A stretch of DNA of 34,526 nucleotides from Octopus bimaculoides. Taxonomy: Eukaryota. Numbering within the stretch: position 1 is the stretch's first letter; each line of letters opens with the position of its first letter. The position numbers and the translations under genes are program-made. Below, piece after piece: positions 1 to 10,311 of this stretch. The notes beneath the pieces were generated by a model, which ran no database searches, was not told the DNA's origin, and saw only the letters and a list, made by a program, of their open reading frames with translations. The stretch spans positions 37,483,995 through 37,518,520 of the forward strand of contig NC_068988.1 in assembly GCF_001194135.2 (NCBI RefSeq), read 5' to 3'.

Positions 1-40
<40 letters not shown>

Positions 41-99
41 GACGGGCTTCTTTCAGTTTCCGTCTACTAAATCCACTCACAAGGCTTTGGTCGGCCCGA
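1..99 (-). mobile_element. Fragment of tRNA-derived SINE family A with its internal (AT)n microsatellite
   Basis: 39-99 is the reverse complement of ...gggccgaccaaagccttgtgagtggatttagtagacggaaactgaaagaagcccgtcg, matching the SINE body at 16300-16365. 1-38 is (AT)n. Confidence 0.85.
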
Positions 100-158
100 T
101 AAAAGGCAAATACACTGCATTTACCGTGGATAAAACATTACTCTTATGGTAAAACATG

Positions 159-342
159 TGAAAACATCCGGTCTGTTCAGTGTCGCCATCTATCACGAAT
201 CCCAGACATCGATATTTCGAGTTTATTGACTCTTGTCAATAAGATGTACCTAAGAAAGGCAACTCTGAACAGACTCATAATCCGAGGCGACACTGAACAG
301 GCTCATAATCCGAGGCGACACTGAACAGACCGGGTGTTTTCA
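159..342. mobile_element. MITE-like element with 29-bp terminal inverted repeats
   Basis: tgaaaacatccggtctgttcagtgtcgcc (159-187) vs ggcgacactgaacagaccgggtgttttca (314-342), 1 mismatch. Internal 28-bp tandem repeat (265-330) and 8-bp hairpin (223-242). No coding capacity; TSD not resolved. Confidence 0.65.
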
Positions 343-435
343 TATTTTAACTAACCAAAATTTTGCTTATGCTTAAACACTGCTTAGCGCTAACATTTTG
401 CTATTTTTGTCGGTCGGGTGATCTACTAGCGCAAA

Positions 436-2345
436 TCAGTCGACAATTAGAAAAGTAAGTCTGTACAAACTATGCTGGCAATGAACTCTTCTCTCACTCC
501 TGGTAACATGATGTGGAGGGTGCAACGGAGGTGCTGAAACTGTAATTGGACTGTCGGCGTGCTGAGAAGAATTCCGTTGTTCAGTAAATGAGTCAATAAA
601 GGCTTGCTTAACCCGATCAGTACTGACAGTCTGGTTTTTGCCATTAATGTTCAAAACCATAATTTTAAGCTTAACTTTCACGACTCGATAATAACCGCGT
701 ATGACGGCTGCAAAGGGTTAAGTCGTTACGTAGTAACACATGAGCCCATGTGTAAATGTCTGGAGGTACAAAAGATTTGATAGATTGTGCTCTAGTTACT
801 AATGGAGGTAACTCTTCCATATATTTCTGCAAACGTTGAACGCAATTCGTCGTGTCAAAAATTCTGTCACATGAGGTTGAAAATGAAACTATTTAGCCAG
901 GCAAAGTAAGCGGTGCGTCATACAGTAGTTCTGTTGGTGAAAAACCATGATCTTCTTTAATAACGGCACGGAGACCTAATAACACAAAATGTAGCGTTTC
1001 CAACCAACTGTTTAATTCGGGATACACACGAAGAGCTGCCTTCAGTTGTCGGTGAAAACGCTCAATCGTCCCATTAGACATGGGATGGGAAGCAGTAGTA
1101 TGAATCAGACGTGTACGAAGTAAATTTGAAAGGTTAGTGAAAACATTCGATTCAAACTGTCGACCGCGATCTGTAGTGAAGGTAAGACGAGCTCCAAAAC
1201 GCAAAATCCAACCGGCTATAAGAGTCTTCGCAACTGTGTATGAAGAAATATCTTTGATAGGAATAGCTCTGAGCCATCATAGAAAACGATCAATACAGGT
1301 CAACATATATGAGTACTCCTGTGCTGGTGGCAAAGGGCCGGCGATATCAATATGAATATGTTTAAATCGGGCATCAGGTTATGTAGAACTGAAAAAACCG
1401 TTCTCCTATAACTAAAAGGAGCGTAAAGTAAAGACCAGGGCTGACCAACCTGAGGCATCTGATGACTGCGGAAGCAAAAATTCACGATTTTATTGATCCG
1501 AAGCCAGTTACTGTAAATCTATAAAATCGGTTGTATGCAAAGCGCTGATGTGCATGTGAGATAAGATATATGCTACCGAATTATCCGTTCTTTTGATATA
1601 CTAGATGTCCATGGTATACTGCGAGATGTAATCTAAATGTCGTAAGTGCCTAGAAACAAATGGTTGGAAAACTCCACCGACTCCAACGTCGGATGCGTCA
1701 ACCATTAATGACATATGTGCATCAGGGGTATGGTGGGACAACAGAGTTACTCTACTTTTTTTTCTTTTTCTTTTTTTAATATCTTCGAACGATTGCAGAT
1801 GAGAAGAATTTAGTGATATCGCTTAATTTTTCTTTTTACGGTTTCGTAAAAGTTCAGTCAGAAGACAGATTGTTTCTGTAAAAATTAATTAAACTGAGAG
1901 ATTCTTGTAACTCCTGTAAGGAACCAGGAGCAGGGAAATTGCGAATAGCTTCAACTTTAGATGGTAATGGACGTATTCCGTCTTTGTCTGAGAAACGTGA
2001 GAGAAGAAACACCAAAAAGACATTTACTAGAATTGATGATAACGATGTATTGCGATAGGCGAGTAAGAAGCTGTTGTAGATGTTCTAAATGTTCTTCTTC
2101 TGTAGCATTAGCTATCATCAATGTAGATGAAAATGAAATCTAAATCACGAGTGACTTCATCCGTAAACCGTTGAAATGTACTCGCAGCGTTGCGTAACCC
2201 AAAGGCATTCCAATGAATTCAAATAAACCGAAAGGAGTAGTGATGGAAGTTTTAGAAATGTCCGCAAGTTCGATAGGGTTTTGGTTATATGCACGTACTA
2301 AGTCAATTTTAGAAAAAATGGTGCAACCATGTAAGGAGGCAGAAA
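436..2345 (-). mobile_element. Degenerate Ty3/Gypsy LTR-retrotransposon pol (RT - RNase H - integrase)
   Basis: Minus-strand translation: [10 protein letters not shown]...[24 protein letters not shown]...IYIDD (RT; YIDD ~2114-2125); LMVDASDVGVGG (RNase H); HIDIAGPLP..TCIDRF..TDRGRQF..HPMSNGTIERFHR (integrase core); PLQPSY..INGKNQTVSTDRVK (integrase C-term). Gypsy domain order. Stops, frameshifts and deletions; no LTRs found. Confidence 0.92.
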
Positions 2346-2347
2346 AA

Positions 2348-2560
2348 TGTGTGTGTGTGTCAGTATTTGCTTCTCCATCACTTCTTTACATCACTTCTTG
2401 TTGGTGTGTTTACGTCCCCGTAACTTAGCAGTTCGGCAAAAGAGACCAATAAAATAAGTACTAGGCTTAAGAAATCTTGAAGTCGATTTGATCGACTAAA
2501 TCCCTTCAAGTCGGTACCCCAGCATGGCCGCAGTCAAATGACTTAAAGAAATAAAAGAAC
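2348..2560 (+). mobile_element. 3' half of SINE family A (downstream of internal microsatellite)
   Basis: Starts at (TG)n, then ggtgtgtttacgtccccgtaacttagcagttcggcaaaagagacc...aataagtactaggctt...ccagcatggccgcagtcaaatgac. A diverged homolog lies in the copy at 22548-22958 (-), where it is joined to the tRNA-like head. Confidence 0.7.
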
Positions 2561-2914
2561 GAATGGAGTTGATTCTTACCATAAAAGGAGTTGATTCTTA
2601 CCAAATATATAGTCCAGCTATGATTTTATTGTTATATTTGCCCAAGTCATTTTGTTTTTGTTTGTTCTTTTGTTTTTCTGTTTTTTCTTGTCTCGAAGTC
2701 ATAGGCGGTTAGCTGCTGGTGACGGAGGCAGGCATAGATGATGCTGGAAACGTAAGCCTAAAGCTTGCACGGTGGTAGCATGAGTAAAATAGTTGCTGAC
2801 CTCTGCACCTGAGGACATCAGACATCTTCGGTCCTGCACAGGTATCTAGGTAGCTTTATTTAGGGAAGGATACTGCCTACTTCAATCCGAGAATGATCTA
2901 GGAAAGGTATGCCA

Positions 2915-3412
2915 GATAAGACAACTAGAATCGTTTTGTATCAGATTGCCCCAACATATCCTTGATCTCGCCTGTCAGGACAAGGCCCTTCATACTGAAA
3001 TCCTCCTGAGGGCTGGCATCTGCAGTGTCAGGGCTTGCATCTTTTGTCATCTTCTTGTTGGGTTGGTCATGTGGTTCGGATAGCGGGTAACCGCCTCCCA
3101 AACATGGTCCACTTCAGTGAGATCGAGAGTGAAGGTAGGTATAATGGACACCCAACATTTCGTTTTCATGATCATCTCAAGTGGTCTCTCATTTTATGTG
3201 GTGTCCCTCCTAATTGGTTGAAGGCCCTGGATCTTAATCGGAAGGCATGGAAGTTCGTGTGTGATGCTGGAGTAGAGTGTTTTAAAACCGAACACAAGTA
3301 ACTGCATGAAGAGAGGCTGTTGATCGTGGTCACTTTCACTGCCCTCAATGCCATCAGTCATCCTACATTCAGAAAAGCTTGATGGTCCTCGTCGTTCCGA
3401 CAGGCGGACATG
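2915..3412 (+). mobile_element. RTE-clade LINE 3' relic (C-terminus of RT ORF)
   Basis: IRQLESFCIRLPQHILDLACQDKALHTEILLRAG...WVGHVVRIAGNRLP...GHPTFRFHDHLKWSL...LDLNRKAWK, matching the RTE C-terminal RWxGHVxRM..RLP..R.KD.LK..DR..W pattern. Frameshifted. Confidence 0.85.
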
Positions 3413-3532
3413 CATATGTTTCCCTGATCATGATCAGGTACGTTATTTAGGCACAGTGTAACTAGAATTGCACATCATTGGGCGTTTCTTTTCTTTTCAC
3501 ATGAAATTTGCGAGCTAATTGCCTCCCCTTCC

Positions 3533-3544
3533 CACACGCACGCA

Positions 3545-3576
<32 letters not shown>

Positions 3577-3604
3577 CGCACATACACACACACACACATA
3601 CACA
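3533..3604. repeat. (CACG)n/(CA)n compound microsatellite
   Basis: Direct reading of sequence. Confidence 0.95.
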
Positions 3605-4109
3605 TGTTGCATGCAGATTAGTGGAAAAAGTGTGATTAATCAGCAGTCGTAACAGCTAGTATCTAAAAGGCATAACAAAGTTGTTGATTCCGCTATAAAA
3701 AGAGAAAATACAGCTTTTAAATTGCACACATTCTCCACCTTTCCCAACTGTTGGTAAGTACATTTATTATTGAGCTAACCTCCTTCTGAACGATGATAAA
3801 AAAAAACAATTAAATGTATTATTATATGTATTATTACAATGGAAAACAATTATATGTATTATTACAATGGAAAATATAACTACGACGCAGGCATAAAATG
3901 AGGGACGAAGTCGTAACAGTAGTATGTATTGAAAAATGTATAAATGGATTTTAATATGAATATGATTACAAAACTTTTTTTTGTGGACGATATTTTGTGT
4001 GTGGTCGACATTAATTTTCAAATTATTGGAATCCCGTTGCTCTAGTCATAGCGACGTATAACTGGCCGTGTGTAAACATCGGAGTTAGTAAAAATACATC
4101 TACACGATT

Positions 4110-4345
4110 TAGAGTCTATGCTTTGTTTGTTGTGGATGAGAATACCAGTTTTATAGGAAACTGCACCTGTCTTCATTTTCGGCGAGTTGGAGTGTTCCTT
4201 ATCTGTTCCGAAGCTCTCACTTGCGGATTTTGCATGTTACTTGGAGAGCTAAAGTGTCCCAGCTCTGTCCTGAAGCTGTTACTTGAGGATTTCCCTGTGT
4301 TATTTGGTGAGCTACACTCGAATGTTTACACAATCATATATACAT
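4110..4345 (-). mobile_element. Possible highly degenerate PLE GIY-YIG endonuclease remnant
   Basis: Minus strand reads NVYMIV*TFECSSPNNTGKSSSNSFRTELGH...VQFPINW, loosely like the VY.I.C..C...Y.G.T...FR.R..H...I.W GIY-YIG pattern. Lies downstream of a same-strand PLE RT fragment. Confidence 0.3.
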
Positions 4346-4964
4346 TTTAATACCCATAGGACAACACATACATCCCAATGTTTACACAACTACGTGAAAT
4401 TTACAGGACACACATTCACGCATATGAAAACACGAGTCACAAAAGAAGCAAAAGTAAAAAAAAATCAAAACAATTTTTATTTTTCGAACTAACACAGACT
4501 GAACATTTCATAAGTTTAAAAATACGAAAAAAATCTATGCCCGGATATAAATCTACTAACAAAAAATTACAGACGAATACAGATCTGTTAGCCTTAAGAA
4601 GCTACGTTACGAGCAATGTTTTCATGGAGAGAACTCGGAGGCGGACTTGTCTCGAAATAATTAACCGTAAACAGACAAATCCGTGCCCTAATGACAACGT
4701 CCAAGCTCGTCATGCCTCAGTGATAACAAAGCAAAGTACAAACCAAATCGGCTGTCACTCAGAACACCTAGGACCGCGTACTCGAATTTTTCGACACGAA
4801 AAATCAGCTACTGGTTCTAATCTTCCCGAAACACAAAAGCTAGAAGTACCCTATAACCGGAATATTCCAACAGATGGCCATCCATTCTCGTCATCAAATA
4901 ACCAAAAGAAAAAAGAATGAAAAATAGTCTAGGTGTGTGTATATATACATCTGTACATACATAG

Positions 4965-5504
4965 TTTCTAGTATAACAGTCACAGAAATGCAAGAAGTCC
5001 ATTAAACTATCCTCTGATCCTTCCCAGACAAAAACTATGTCGTCAATGAACCGTAACCAGAGTATTAGTTTATGACCATGAAGGAATTTGAATGTCTTCA
5101 GTAACTGTGTCTCGAATTTCGTCACGAAGACATTAGCGAAATTAACTGCCATGGGGTACCCATGGCGCAACCCTTCGTTTGGTGGTAAAATCTTTGTCTA
5201 AACTCCATTGGGTTACTTTCTGACACAAACCTCAATAATCTACAGAGTAAATTTGATGGAATACTTTTGTTTGACCACTTTTCGAAGGATCCATGCATGC
5301 TTCTACTCCTTCATTGTGGTCAATATTAGGATATAAGGAAGAAACATCCATGGTTACTAAAAAGCATTTCTCAATAAGGCCTCGGTGCTTAAAAAAGTTG
5401 TTGATTTTATATACAAAATCAAAGGTATCCCGAATATAGGAACTTGATCGTTTTGCGACAGGGAGTAGAAAGCCATTCTGAAATTTTGGCCGAGCTACAT
5501 TCAT
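4965..5504 (-). mobile_element. Penelope-like element (PLE) reverse transcriptase fragment
   Basis: SSYIRDTFDF, LVTMDVSSLYPNIDHNEG, QTKGCAMGYPMAVNFANVF and LWLRFIDDIVFVW are PLE RT motifs. Frameshifted and truncated. Confidence 0.9.
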
Positions 5505-5509
5505 ATCCC

Positions 5510-6115
5510 TTCCAAATTGGGCGCAGAAAAATCTAAGTGCATGAAAACCCGTGCTAAAACTGCTGTCTTAGATATTCTGAATGATAAATGGCAAGAAAAA
5601 ACTCTCAGTGGCAAATACCCAAAGAGAGCGAATAGTGCCGATGTTGACAAAAGACTTACCCATCAATGGCTAATGAGTTCTGGCTTAAAATCAGAAACAG
5701 AAGGGTTTATCATAGCAGCTCAAGATTAATGCCTACCTACAAGGAACTACCAGGCTAACATATTAAAGAACGGCAGCTTCCCAACATGTCGTGTGCGTCA
5801 ATAATAAAATGAAACTATTGATGATGTTGTCTCCATGTGCAATCTTCTAGCACCTACAGAATATCTCAACAGGCATGATAGAGCTGCACAATATAGTTAG
5901 TGGGTAATTTGAAAAAACCTGGACTTGCCCAATGATAAAAACTGGTGGTAACACAAACCACCCCGGTGCTTGAAAATGGTCACATCTCACTCCTCTTGAA
6001 CTTCACCATTCAAACTGACAGAAATATAGATACAAATAGGCCAGACATCATATTGAAAAACTTCAGACAAAAATCGTGCCTTTTTATTGATGTGACTGTC
6101 CCAATCGATATAAAG
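5510..6115 (+). mobile_element. R4/Dong-type non-LTR retrotransposon 3' fragment (Zn knuckle + restriction-like endonuclease)
   Basis: WQEKTLSGKY..THQWLMSSGLKSETEGFIIAAQD..TRNYQANI..CR..ETIDDVVSMC..RHDRAA..FTIQTD..RPDIIL..FIDVTVPID. Stops and frameshifts; homologous to 29425-29817 (-). Confidence 0.9.
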
Positions 6116-6146
6116 CAAAAGTCAAACATAAAATAATAATAATAAT

Positions 6147-6689
6147 AAATGCCGTGATGCAGTATCAGGCAGTGGCTCTCATGGCTTCTGATCTTGATTG
6201 ATTGGAAGTGTTATCATGTACATTGTTTTGTCTTAGAATAAAAAGATGGGCTACAGCAAATATTCTGCTTAGTACCACAGATTTGCTTGTCAGTTGTTTG
6301 ACCTTAACCATTTGAGCATGCCCTTTGGTGGCTGATGATATGTGCATTTCTGATCTTGAGCAGAAGTAGTGAGGGAGCATCATAGCCATGTGTTGAGAGG
6401 GGAATTTTGGGGGATTTGAATAATTCACCTTTGGAAACATGGGTATTTTGTTCAACATCCTTAAACAAACCTTATTTAGGAACGTTTTGAGCGGGATGGG
6501 CTACTCGACCTGAAGAAAATTCTAACTGGGCCCCACCTGCGAGGTCATGTGCTGTTTATCTTGATATGAGATCACCATGTCACGCACATATGATTATGAT
6601 GCATGTGTCCGGTGTATCCTTATCAGACGGGTAGTCATGATGGGTATAATGGGCTTCGTATGTTTTACCCCAGTGTCACTTTGATGGCA
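6147..6689 (+). mobile_element. Non-coding interspersed element E, copy 1 (follows an (AAT)n tract)
   Basis: 6305-6689 aligns at roughly 85-90% by eye with the reverse complement of 26566-26951. Begins right after aataataataataataa (6125-6147). No A/B boxes or credible ORF. Confidence 0.8.
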
Positions 6690-7885
6690 GTTTATATACG
6701 GTGATCCCACACAACGAGGGCACTTCTTGCGCCTAAACACTTCCTTGACCTTCTGCCTGATCCTCAACCTGACACTTCCACACATCTTCATCTGGCCGAA
6801 CTTGTCCTCTCCCTCAACTGCTTCTCTTTCGCGGGGTAGTTTTACCAACAGTTCTCGCAAGTGGTCATGGGAACCAGAATGGGCTCCACCTATGCGAACC
6901 TGTTCGTTGCCTAAGTTGAGGCCTAAATTTTCTCACAATTCACTTCTCCCGTCGAATTTCTCGACATTTCTGTCAGCATGCACTACTCCGCTCTCACTAC
7001 CTCCATCCACTACAAACACACTATCTCACACTGCTGCCTTAACTTCTCCTCCTACCACCCTGCCCACACCAAGCTCTCCATCCCTTACTCCCAATTGCTC
7101 CGTATACTCAGGCTCAGCAGCGACGATCATGATTTTGAAACTCAGTCACAACTCATAGCTCGCCACTTCATCTTACGTGGATATCCCCTCACCATTATCT
7201 ACACTGCTCTTACCCGGGCACGATCTGTGGACTGTGCTTCTGTTCTTTCTTCTCGCACTCGCCCCACTCTTAACCGTCTTCCGTTTACCCTCATCTACCT
7301 CTCCTTCACCCTACCTCTCCTTCACCCTACCTCTCCTTCACCCTACCTCTCCTTCACCCTACTTCTCCAACGCATCATTCTCCGAGCCTTCCAGCGTTCC
7401 AGTCCGACCCCTCCACCTCGCACATCTTCCCTAACCTACCCCTTCTTTCCTTCAAACCCCCGCATTCCAGCATGGCTCCTTCACCCCTTCCCGACCAGGC
7501 TGTCGCATCTGCCCCTACCACTCCAACAATACCATCCTCACAGGCACCCATCACCGTCCCTATCATGTCACCGACTCCTTTACCTGCGCCTCTAATGTTA
7601 TTTACTGCATCACCAGCTCTCTGTCCTCCCTATATATTGGTCAAACGGGACGCAGCTTGGATGACCGATTCGCAGAGTACCTCCGAGACATGAGACTTAA
7701 CAATGATACCCCGGTCTTGAGCCAATTCCACTCTACCGGTCATTCGCTACAACATCTCTCTGTGTTCGGACTGTCTCGGCATAGATACCACCCAGACTTC
7801 TACCTTCGCTGTGAACAGAAAGTAATTTTCTCTCTTTGCTCCTTTATGCCATATGGGCTCAACTCACTTCCTCTCTTCATCTGAC
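6690..7885 (+). mobile_element. Penelope-like element relic (RT 3' part, thumb, GIY-YIG)
   Basis: YTVIPHNEG..LAELVLSLNCFSF..MGTRMGSTYANLFV..FLDISVS..HPAHTKLSIPYSQLLRILRLSS..RGYP..NVIYCI..LYIGQTGRSLDDRFAEYLR. The RYIDD segment is deleted; stops and frameshifts. Confidence 0.92.
7290..7368. repeat. 16-bp tandem repeat (ttcaccctacctctcc) about x4 inside the PLE
   Basis: Direct reading of sequence. Confidence 0.85.
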
Positions 7886-7889
7886 ACCA

Positions 7890-8572
7890 ACCTCACATGG
7901 ATTCCCACAGACCTCCCACATTCACTTGCATCCCCCCCACACACAAACACACACCTATACACCTGCATACCGCTTACCTCGGTACTCACACCACACATGC
8001 ACCACTATACAAACAGACATACACACTGTTCAACCATCACTCACCCCACACACCATTACCACACACCCACAACACCTTCCCACTACACACAGAATAGCAC
8101 CGACCATTTCTCAGCACCCACACCACAAACCATTATCCACACACAACCTTCAAAAGTGTCACCACTATACGAGCAGCTACGCACACTGTTTAACTCAGTA
8201 CACACATCACACACCCTCATGCACACTCCCACACCTACGCAAGCACATAATACCTGAACGCAGACAATATATACTCCTACACAAGCACATAATAACTGAA
8301 CACAGACGATATATACACACACACACGCAACACGCATAGACAAAAATAACTTTCGCCCCAAACATACACTATACACATGTACACTTGGTCACAGACACAC
8401 ACACACACAAAGCACATATCAACTACTACACACAAAACATACACACACATCAGCTGCTACACACACACACACACTTTACACACACAAACACACACACACG
8501 TTAGTCTCATTTGCCTCCATTCACACACACTCACACACACCATTTTCACATACACACGCTCGCACACTTTAG
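7890..8572. repeat. Degenerate CA-rich low-complexity tract
   Basis: Long cryptic (CA)n/(CAC)n/(TACA)n sequence; source of the His/Thr-rich pseudo-ORFs. Confidence 0.85.
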
Positions 8573-9531
8573 TTCGTTGAGATCACCATTATTATCACCC
8601 TTTCTTTGAACCTCTTATCTACCTTCCATTCAAGGTTTTCTATTATAGATGTTAAGCAGTGAGATACCGCAAATGAACTATATGCATAAAAGATGTATAA
8701 ACCATGCGATTATAAATATAGGCCCGAATCTAAGTAGGGATAACAAAACAGTAATATTAGAGATGTAATATTTCAGGATAGGTTATAAAGCTTCATAGAA
8801 TATAAAAGGTAAAGAGAAGATAAACGTGATCTTCATCGATCTACAACGGTCATCGATTTACAATGGCTGTAATGAACTGACACGTGTCCATCAACTGTTA
8901 TTTAGTTTTAATTCACCTGTCTTGGAACATGCCCCTCGCGTATTCCGAAGTATATTATGGACTGTATATTTAATAAAGTATACATGTCTGAATAGTTCAA
9001 GAGCGGATTATATACGCAATTGGGACCAATTAACTTCTAACATTACCCGATTATCATTCTTCAATATTTCTGTAGCAAGGCTGATATTCATCTATAACTG
9101 TTGTGCATCCATTTTACTCCGACCTAACTAGTTGCATCACCTTTAAGTACTTTATTCAACTGAATATTGTTTTCCAGGAAAACTTGAAAAATAAGGAACT
9201 TATATCCTCGATGTAAAAGTGACTGGATAATCTTTTAATTGCAGAACTGTATGTGCGCTGCATTGCCGTAAGCGTGTCATATCTCTTTGCGCATTTTGTC
9301 TTAACTAATATCACAAAATTCTCTCAATTTTTATTTCTTTAATCAAAAAGTTCTTGTGTTATGAAAGGCGAACTAGCTTCTTTAACACTACAGTTGTACG
9401 CACAAACTAACGTGTTTGTCCCTACGCAAATATTGTTCCCGTTGTTATCGCTACCATTAAACGCGTTCATAACCTTATTTCTTTTTAAGGATAAATTCTG
9501 AGGAAGGCGTCGTATAGTTACTGACATCACA

Positions 9532-9677
9532 ATGACCAGTTACCTTCATCGTCCAGGTAAAGTCTCCTTCATGTATCAAACAATCCCGCAACGCGTGAAC
9601 CAGCTTGCTCAAAATGACCCTGACAAACCAGCCATTGTCGTTTATAAAAACAAAGAGGATCGACAACAGATAACTCG
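9532..9677 (+). CDS. Coding exon 1 of ANL-superfamily adenylate-forming enzyme (acyl-CoA synthetase/luciferase-like)
   Basis: ATG at 9532 (A at -3, in-frame stop upstream) encodes MTSYLHRPGKVSFMYQTIPQRVNQLAQNDPDKPAIVVYKNKEDRQQIT. Ends cg|gtatgt (phase-2 donor), which joins in frame to the tttcag|g acceptor at 12414 (CG+G=Arg). The joined SY.H..TI..R...DPDK.A....ITRKQIYD..KFAKAL..LG...GE is a typical acyl-CoA synthetase N-terminus. Not in the ORF track. Confidence 0.88.
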
Positions 9678-9761
9678 GTATGTTTTGGTTTGAATTTTAT
9701 CTTAATGTCTACATTTATCTCACAATACCTTCGTTGTATTACATTTCTAAACATTACGTAA

Positions 9762-9990
9762 GTTCATCACCGTCGCTTTAGCCACCAATTTTCCATGCTG
9801 GCGTGGGTCGAACAGAATTTGTTGAGATGGATTTTCTAAGGTTGGATACCCTTTCTATCGTCAACTCTCAGCTATTTCAAAGTAAGATAACAATTCTCCA
9901 TGGCCACACGTTTTCATGGAAGGACATCGAACAAAATTTTTATGACAGTGATACTCGCTTAAAAACTCTTACAAGATATCAAAGGAAGGA
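9762..9990. mobile_element. Diverged short interspersed repeat (family F), copy 1
   Basis: catcaccgtcgc..ttttccatgctggcgtgggtc..tatttcaaagtaagataacaattctccatggccacac aligns loosely with 11645-11793. Resembles a common octopus repeat from memory. Confidence 0.45.
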
Positions 9991-9994
9991 CACA

Positions 9995-10008
9995 TACATA
10001 CACGCACG

Positions 10009-10068
<60 letters not shown>

Positions 10069-10250
10069 TGTATATATTTATATATATATATAACAGGCTT
10101 CCTTTAGTTCCGTTTACCACATCTACTCACAAGTCTTGGTCGACCCGGGACAGTAGTAGAAGACACTTTCTCAAGTTGCCATGCAATTGGACTGAACACG
10201 GATATATGTTTGCGAAGCAATCTTCTTACCACACACCCACGTCTGCGCCT
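9995..10250 (-). mobile_element. SINE family A head and body with (CA)n/(TA)n microsatellite, intronic
   Basis: 10093-10250 is the reverse complement of aggcgcagacgtgggtgtgtggtaagaagattgcttcgc..gttcagtccaattgc..ttgagaaagtgtcttctactactgtcccgggtcgaccaagacttgtgagtagat, homologous to 16203-16365. Confidence 0.85.
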
Positions 10251-10311
10251 ATAACAAGTAATACATTGCATAACATTAAATAGTAATAATATATGAATTT
10301 GTTTATTGCTT

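Noticed and set aside
265-330. 28-bp repeats as a CRISPR array
   Set aside because: The units are directly tandem with no spacers, lie inside a TIR element, and the context is eukaryotic.
1459-1480. CTGATGA followed by a small hairpin (hammerhead-like)
   Set aside because: No GAAA after stem II and no stems I/III; lies antisense within Gypsy coding sequence.
3423-3438. 16-bp perfect palindrome cctgatcatgatcagg
   Set aside because: 8-bp arms are expected about once by chance in a window this size.
4378-4920. 180-aa Lys/Arg-rich ORF
   Set aside because: No recognisable motif, begins in low-complexity AT/CA-rich sequence and sits between TE fragments. A BLASTP/HMM hit or expression would revive it.
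7836-8580. His/Thr-rich and Cys/Val-rich ORFs
   Set aside because: Translations of CA/TG microsatellite sequence.
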